The position numbers and the translations under genes were made by a program. From a virus (taxonomy: Duplodnaviria; Caudoviricetes): 64,000 nucleotides of DNA. Numbering within the stretch: the first letter of the stretch is position 1; each line of letters opens with the position of its first letter. This document shows positions 58,621-64,000 of this stretch, in pieces. The notes under the pieces are model-generated. The model worked only from the letters and a program-made list of their open reading frames with translations, was not told the DNA's origin and searched no databases. The stretch lies in the IMG/VR virus record IMGVR_UViG_3300021255_000140, positions 1-64,000 of that record, one strand, 5' to 3'.

Positions 58621-59502
58621 TCACGAATTAAAAGGGTCATCTTCCGTATCAACATGCTCTTGATCCGTTGTCTGACTGATTACTTCTTGTTCAAAGTTCT
58701 GCTCTGTATCTTTCTCTGATTCAAATGCACCTCCTGCTCCTATGCGTAGTTTCGGATAGCCCTTGAACGCATGTTTCACGGTTTTTGATTTCAGAAATCC
58801 TGTATCGATGTCAGAGCCATCTTCTAATTTTCCATACAAAGCGTTGGATTTTCCGTAATTAAATTTCTCTGAATACTGCTTTAGGCGGAGTATTTCGTCT
58901 GTGTCAAGTACAAAATAATCTACAGAGCCATCATTTTTTATAATTCTTACATAGCACGCTATGACCTTTGAACCATTAGGACGTGGCAAACATTTTTCCC
59001 ACACGAGAGTAGGGCGACCGCCGCTTTCTCCGTATCTAAACGTGTCACAATCATATACAATCTTTGGGGAGTCAACGGACTTGATTTGTCCCGCACGTTG
59101 ACGGAGAATTATTTCTCCGTACCCGGTGATTGTTATTACTGCGCTATTCTGGTATATCGCCTCATTATATCCTCTGGCATTTTTCCTGTTTGGATCTTCA
59201 CCAATCTTGACACGCCGACATTCAAGGTAGCATGTAGTCGTGCTTCCTTTCTCAAGGGAAAGCCCGTTAATCGCCAGGAACATGAATGCAAAATACAAAG
59301 ACATACTGTCGGCTTTTTCAAGAAGAGCCTTGTATGAGCCATACATCAGTTCATTTATAAATAGATTCTTCTGCTCCTCAAAAAACGTTTCAGCTTCCTC
59401 GCCTCCAAACTTTTGCGAATAAATCTCTATAAATTTGTCATGCGCGATATTAGGTATCTCCTCATGACTTGAATTTTTAATTTTTTCGAATAAATCAGAC
59501 AT
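58621..59502 (-). CDS. recT: RecT-like single-strand annealing protein
   Basis: A.NGLSL...CYL, ITGYGEI.L..RAG.I, VYD.D.F, KSKTVKHAFK..PK. Confidence 0.85.
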   Translation of the reverse strand: MSDLFEKIKNSSHEEIPNIAHDKFIEIYSQKFGGEEAETFFEEQKNLFINELMYGSYKALLEKADSMSLYFAFMFLAINGLSLEKGSTTTCYLECRRVKIGEDPNRKNARGYNEAIYQNSAVITITGYGEIILRQRAGQIKSVDSPKIVYDCDTFRYGESGGRPTLVWEKCLPRPNGSKVIACYVRIIKNDGSVDYFVLDTDEILRLKQYSEKFNYGKSNALYGKLEDGSDIDTGFLKSKTVKHAFKGYPKLRIGAGGAFESEKDTEQNFEQEVISQTTDQEHVDTEDDPFNS

Positions 59503-59605
59503 ATATTAGTTGTTTATTTTTTTCATTAAAAAGTGTATGCGTGTTTCACAACAGGCATACACGCATAAATCAATGCATTACCAAACTGATGATGAAAAAT
59601 ATTGA

Positions 59606-59785
59606 TTAAAAAATGTTTCTCCGAGTTTCAATCACATAGCCTTGTTTGTGACACTGAGGACATTCAAGGTCTTTTACTTTGCATGAACAAGGTCTTACCG
59701 CTATCCATTTATTGAAACACCATGAACAAAAAACCTCAGATACTTTGTGTGGCCGATTTTCTTCAATGTGTATTGTTCTGCCCAT
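59606..59785 (-). CDS. Small Zn-ribbon protein
   Basis: CSWC...W.AVRP...CPQC. Confidence 0.6.
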   Translation of the reverse strand: MGRTIHIEENRPHKVSEVFCSWCFNKWIAVRPCSCKVKDLECPQCHKQGYVIETRRNIF

Positions 59786-60023
59786 TTGTCTTGAATAAAT
59801 CTTCCTTGTCAACTGTGAGTAGTGTAGGCTGCAACGGGTTGTTGAAAGTAAGCATAGAGTGCCATATTTTTCTTGTGAATAACACTTTTAGCACTTCTTT
59901 CCAAGAAAGTTCCCAACATGTTACTACTGTGCCATCTTCAAAACTTAACGCTGGTAATGGCTTATATTGTGGTTGGTTTTCTCCATAGACCACGTTTTGT
60001 TCCTTAAACTCTATCGGTTTCAT
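59763..60023 (-). CDS. Hypothetical protein
   Basis: MKPIEFKEQNVVYGENQPQYKPLPA. Confidence 0.7.
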   Translation of the reverse strand: MKPIEFKEQNVVYGENQPQYKPLPALSFEDGTVVTCWELSWKEVLKVLFTRKIWHSMLTFNNPLQPTLLTVDKEDLFKTNGQNNTH

Positions 60024-60026
60024 ATC

Positions 60027-60518
60027 TTACAGATTTTTACGTCGTGCATACTCTGCGATGAGGAGCCCGTCAAAATCGGGATGCTTGAAGTCGGATAGTG
60101 CAGGGAATAGTCGCTTTCCAATATCCTTGCTTGCTTTCTTTTGCTCATCTGCCCCTTTGATGCCTTTTGGTAGCAACATCTTCTGCCAGTCTTTGCTGTC
60201 AACATAGCAGTATGAACATCCAAAATGTTCTATCAATGTCAATTCGGCCTCAAAACATCGGAGAGCAGACGTTGTTGCTTTGAATCTTGTAGGATTAACC
60301 ATCGGGCGCTCCATAACAACCATGACATCTGCGGGATGAAATCGATTTAATATACTTGCGAATGCTTTAGCGTCAACGCGAGTGATATTGTCTTTTTTCT
60401 TTGTATAGTTTTGCTCTTTCTTGACGGGCGTATGATGTATTTCAGGAAAGACATCATCGCCAACAATGCCTACCGTTCCAGTAACGCCATTGTCAATACC
60501 TATGTATATTTTTGACAT
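60027..60518 (-). CDS. RuvC-like Holliday junction resolvase
   Basis: YIGIDNG, VMERP, WQK, DGLLIAEY. Confidence 0.8.
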   Translation of the reverse strand: MSKIYIGIDNGVTGTVGIVGDDVFPEIHHTPVKKEQNYTKKKDNITRVDAKAFASILNRFHPADVMVVMERPMVNPTRFKATTSALRCFEAELTLIEHFGCSYCYVDSKDWQKMLLPKGIKGADEQKKASKDIGKRLFPALSDFKHPDFDGLLIAEYARRKNL

Positions 60519-60525
60519 TATGATC

Positions 60526-60945
60526 CTATTTTATAACATCGATAAAATCTGTTTCCTTGATTTGTTTTAGCTCCATATCTTCAAGCCCTTGCGCTATATA
60601 TTGCTCGGCAAACTTGTGCGCCGTTTGAATATCTTTTGCAAAGCACGCAACATGATATTTCTTTTCTTTTTTCTTCCCGTCTTCAGTTAGGAAAGTTGAA
60701 ACGATTGTAATAACAAATACTTTCGCATCATCTGTGCCGGAAGGTTTGCTGTTCGCGATTTCCATCAATCCGCTTCTCTTTATCTTTGTGACTTCAATGT
60801 CTTCAAGATGTTTGAAGGTGTCGTAAAGTTTTTCTTCTACCTCGCGGAACATAAGCAAATCATCAACAAGATAATTTTCTTTCAATTCTTTCCTCTCACC
60901 TTTGGCGTTAATGCCAGTATAAGCTATTTGTGTTTCAAAAATCAT
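60526..60945 (-). CDS. DUF4494-like protein
   Basis: FE....Y......G..K...E.YLVD...F.E.E, IKET.FIDV. Confidence 0.75.
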   Translation of the reverse strand: MIFETQIAYTGINAKGERKELKENYLVDDLLMFREVEEKLYDTFKHLEDIEVTKIKRSGLMEIANSKPSGTDDAKVFVITIVSTFLTEDGKKKEKKYHVACFAKDIQTAHKFAEQYIAQGLEDMELKQIKETDFIDVIK

Positions 60946-60956
60946 AGTATTTTAGA

Positions 60957-61121
60957 TTATTTTCTTTGCAGTATAAAATTCTCACATTCATATTCCATGC
61001 CCATGATTGCCGCTTTTTCCAAAGCTTTTCTGATGGTAGGCATGTCTGTCGCATCTAAAGAAATTTTTAACTCTTTGATGATGCTATTTGCAATTTCCGA
61101 AGATTTGTCAGACCAGTTCAT
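60957..61121 (-). CDS. Small hypothetical protein (54 aa)
   Basis: Hand translation MNWSDKSSEIANSII...ILQRK. Confidence 0.55.
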   Translation of the reverse strand: MNWSDKSSEIANSIIKELKISLDATDMPTIRKALEKAAIMGMEYECENFILQRK

Positions 61122-61178
61122 TTTGTTGTAAATAAAAAACCGCGCAATTTCACAACTGGGCGGTTTCTAATCCGTATT

Positions 61179-62003
61179 CTAATCTTTCCTTATTGTTTCA
61201 TTAATATTTTTCAGACGTGTCAAAAATATATTGATAAAATATTTCTGTCCTTTTCCTGTAACCTTTGGAGTTATCGTAGTACGCATTACGCCATTTTCGG
61301 AATGTGTGCTTTTCTTGAGTTCGAACAATCCTTGCTCAATATATCTTTGATTTGGTATATTGTAGAACTCGCCGCTTAAACCGAGATAATGTTTACTGCG
61401 CATCCACTCGAACAATCTGTTTTGTCCTATCTTATAACCATTTTGAGTAATTATCTTTGCCAGTTCACCAATAAGGCAACTTGACTGACTGCCAATTACC
61501 GCATCTGCGAATATGACTTTTGGTCTTTGTTCTTCAAGTTCATCAGATTTTCTTTTATTCTCCAGCATCAGGCGTTCGTTCTCCTCAACTTTGCTCGCCA
61601 GTTCCCTTAATGCCGATGCATAATCTTTTGGCAGCACGGCGATGTCACCAGAGGCGACTTTCTTGAACACGGCACGATAAACGTTGAACACTTCCCTTAC
61701 CTTTCTGGCAATAAAATACTCCAGGCATTCAATAGTAAGAAAGTATTCGTTGGTCGGACGTCCACCATAGGGGTTTTGCGGATTTTGCCGTAAAACTTGA
61801 TAGTCAATATCTTGTATAAAATTCTTCTGTAACGCTTCAACAGCATCAGACTTTTTCCCGTAGACAAGCATCCAAACTTCATCTAAGTTGATAGGATATT
61901 TCTCGTTTACGCGATAAAGCTCAAGAATGTGCTCAAAATAATGTCTTATCTGCTCTTTTGAACTTTCTTTTGTGATGTGATATGTTTTCTCCATATTACT
62001 CAT
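61179..62003 (-). CDS. ant: Phage antirepressor (KilAC/ANT C-terminus)
   Basis: PINLDEVW.LVY, PKVIFADAV, IGELAK, IGQNRLFEWMR, TPKVTGKGQKYFIN. Confidence 0.9.
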   Translation of the reverse strand: MSNMEKTYHITKESSKEQIRHYFEHILELYRVNEKYPINLDEVWMLVYGKKSDAVEALQKNFIQDIDYQVLRQNPQNPYGGRPTNEYFLTIECLEYFIARKVREVFNVYRAVFKKVASGDIAVLPKDYASALRELASKVEENERLMLENKRKSDELEEQRPKVIFADAVIGSQSSCLIGELAKIITQNGYKIGQNRLFEWMRSKHYLGLSGEFYNIPNQRYIEQGLFELKKSTHSENGVMRTTITPKVTGKGQKYFINIFLTRLKNINETIRKD

Positions 62004-62362
62004 ATTTGTGTCCTGGCAATATCCAACTATTATTACGTGGAATTGTACCACCCAGGACTATATTAATGTAGCGGACAGCGCGACCTGTCTCTTTTATAGA
62101 TGACATACATCACTACTAAGTCTCATTATAGATCCTTCAACTTTTCTTCACGGGGATTTCTCCCTTTCAGTATAGGTGGCTTTCTCCCACCAACCATTTT
62201 TTCCTACTCTTCACCGTATCAGGTTTTCGGCTGACGCAATGGCTACGTCCAGGCTTACGGGTAATACAAACAAGTCCTTCTTGTCAGTTCCCATATCTCG
62301 TATGGGAGATAGTATAAACCAGAATAATGTCCGGTTTCCCTGCTCTATGTCAAAGAACGAAA

Positions 62363-62536
62363 TTAGTGTCTGTTATTATTCAGAAAATCATCAAGGTCGC
62401 GCTTTTTGAAAATCCAGCGCCCTGCGGGTTTTGTGCATGGTATTATACCATCCGCAATATACGCCTGGAGTGTTCTGAAACATACTCCGATGTATGCCGC
62501 CGCCTCTCTGCTTCTCATATAAATATCTCTATTCAT
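62363..62536 (-). CDS. Excisionase/Cro-like HTH_17 protein
   Basis: EAAAYIGV..RTL......G.IP..K..GRW.F...DLD.FL; divergent from repressor. Confidence 0.85.
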   Translation of the reverse strand: MNRDIYMRSREAAAYIGVCFRTLQAYIADGIIPCTKPAGRWIFKKRDLDDFLNNNRH

Positions 62537-62673
62537 GTTAATGATTTTTGAACAATCTGCGCTTTTTTGCGTATTTATTGTTGTCAATTCTCAAATAATT
62601 AGTAATTTTGTTTCGATATTTCTGTTACACTTCAACTATTTATTCGGATATTAATTGTTTCAATCCGTCAATG

Positions 62674-62755
62674 CAAAATTATGAATGTTTTTCAAAATAG
62701 CAAACAAAAACCAAAGAAAAAATCTAAAAAGATGATATTTTTAACAAATGTTAAC
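62674..62755. promoter_or_regulatory. Lysis/lysogeny switch: leftward -7 element and palindromic operator candidate
   Basis: TAATTTTG on minus strand (62674-62681); TTAACA-AA-TGTTAA at 62741-62754. Confidence 0.5.
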
Positions 62756-62816
62756 TATTTTAGTGTAGCTGTATATTATTGATGATTATGTATAAATTAT
62801 TTAAGATTAATTGATT

Positions 62817-63500
62817 ATGGTAAAAAATGAAACACCTGTGGACAGGATGATGATTTTGAGAAAATGGATGATGAAAAATGTAAAAGGATGCAAGAATAAC
62901 GATTCGGCCATACAACGGATGCTTGGATTGGGAGGAGGATTCTTCGCCACATTAAAAAGACAAAGCAGCACAGACCTACGTGACAGCACTTATGAGAAAA
63001 TCAAAGAAGCTTATCCTGCAGTGAACACGGAATGGATTCGCACCGGAGATGGCAATATGCTCAAAGAACCGATTGTCAGCACGACAAACATAACAGGTGC
63101 GCTCCCTTATTTTGATGTAGACTTCCTCGGCGGCTTTGATGTAATGGCCAATGACCAGACAATGTTCCCTGACTTCTACATTGATTATCCACCGTGCAAC
63201 AAGAAAGGCGGAGTATGGTGTAATATTGTCGGAGACAGTATGTCGCCGCGCATTAATAGCGGAGATAAAATCTGTCTGAAAAAACTTGACAGTATTGATG
63301 AAATCATATTTGGAGAAATATATGCCATTATAACCAAAAACGATTTAAGAACAATCAAATGGATCGTGAGGTCCCCGGATGAGAAAAAGATAAGACTCGT
63401 CCCAGAAAATAAAGACCCTCGATATGGAGACTTTCAGGACATCAGGAAAAACGAAATCATTCACGTCTTCAAAGTTGTCGGTTCAATCAGGGCTTTTTGA
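62817..63500 (+). CDS. CI-like repressor with S24 peptidase domain
   Basis: N-terminal HTH ending WIRTGDGNM, GDSMSPRINSGD (Ser), RTIK (Lys). Confidence 0.88.
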   Translation: MVKNETPVDRMMILRKWMMKNVKGCKNNDSAIQRMLGLGGGFFATLKRQSSTDLRDSTYEKIKEAYPAVNTEWIRTGDGNMLKEPIVSTTNITGALPYFDVDFLGGFDVMANDQTMFPDFYIDYPPCNKKGGVWCNIVGDSMSPRINSGDKICLKKLDSIDEIIFGEIYAIITKNDLRTIKWIVRSPDEKKIRLVPENKDPRYGDFQDIRKNEIIHVFKVVGSIRAF

Positions 63501-63517
63501 TAAAAAGTGTAGTATAT

Positions 63518-63761
63518 TGTACCAACAGATATGATAACTATTTGAAAACTAATTCCTTTTTTATCCCAACCGGATCACGTTTTTAGGAGTTTTACTATGA
63601 ATCCGTAAAAAACTAAGGCGTTAGTTTTCATTAAGTTACTATATCTTTCCTATTGATTCAGAGTGTTAATTTTGTGTACCACTTTTATACGCAGATGTAC
63701 GCATTTCTATGCAATGTAGCGCAAATTTGTTGTACCAAATGTGTACCAAAGGTGTGTACCA
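63518..63761. other. Candidate attP: tRNA 3'-like core and arm-type repeats
   Basis: ATCCCAACCGGATCAC at 63563-63578 resembles a tRNA 3' end; TGTACCA at 63518, 63675, 63731, 63742, 63755. Confidence 0.55.
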
Positions 63762-63787
63762 TTTTAGGAATTTAATAGTTTAGCGAA

Positions 63788-64000
63788 ATGAAAATAGCAA
63801 AAACAAGAATTGTCTTTGATAGACACAAGAAGGCGACAAAGAAAACGGCGTCTTTAATTTACATTGAGGTTTCGTATAACCGAATGCGAAATTTTTATAA
63901 TACAGGTATAAAGGTCTGCTCAAATCAGTTCAAGGATGGGCATGTTGTAAATCACGGTCAGATGGCCGAATACCAGGAACGTATCAATGGCATAAGAAGC
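63788..64000 (+). CDS. int: Integrase, N-terminal arm-binding domain (truncated by window end)
   Basis: MKIAKTRIVFDRHKKAT....IYIEVSYNR.R.FYNTGIKV...QF, typical Bacteroidota integrase N-terminus. Confidence 0.75.
   Translation, partial: MKIAKTRIVFDRHKKATKKTASLIYIEVSYNRMRNFYNTGIKVCSNQFKDGHVVNHGQMAEYQERINGIRS

Noticed and set aside
62010-62360. Structured ncRNA between xis and ant
   Set aside because: Several short stems are visible, but there is no repeat or complement logic like 31658-31846; insufficient support.
63518-63761. Link between TGTACCA arm repeats and the AGTACGA motif
   Set aside because: They share only a GTAC core, which is too short to be meaningful.

Overview
The window is about 64 kb of a temperate tailed phage of a Bacteroidota (Prevotella/Bacteroides-like) host, judged from TAnnTTTG -7 promoters, A-rich leaders without Shine-Dalgarno sequences, and DUF3127/DUF4494/Arm-type integrase genes. 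Left to right: (1) a divergent head module (decoration and scaffold leftward; intein-containing TerL, portal, adenine MTase, MuF with toxin-like tail and probable TerS rightward); (2) a leftward SF3/D5 helicase next to a strongly skewed non-coding origin/terminus-like region at 11.4-12.2 kb; (3) a 22 kb rightward early region of about 45 mostly small genes, about 35 of them separated by near-uniform 60-70 nt spacers that each carry a hairpin (the first ones ending in AGTACGA), followed by soluble FtsK, an antirepressor with a C4-like antisense leader and a tyrosine recombinase; (4) a 28 kb leftward replication/recombination/accessory operon; (5) xis, repressor, a candidate attP and the start of the integrase. 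The most striking system is a C5-cytosine methyltransferase split into N- and C-terminal ORFs, with 16 separately encoded 45-75 aa TRD-like micro-ORFs between them (50640-54498). 13 of the 17 junctions overlap by exactly 14 nt through a conserved xxT-GAR motif, three modules are frameshifted at homopolymer tracts, and a nested tRNA-like RNA precedes the locus. All calls come from manual reading and motif recognition; no database searches were run.
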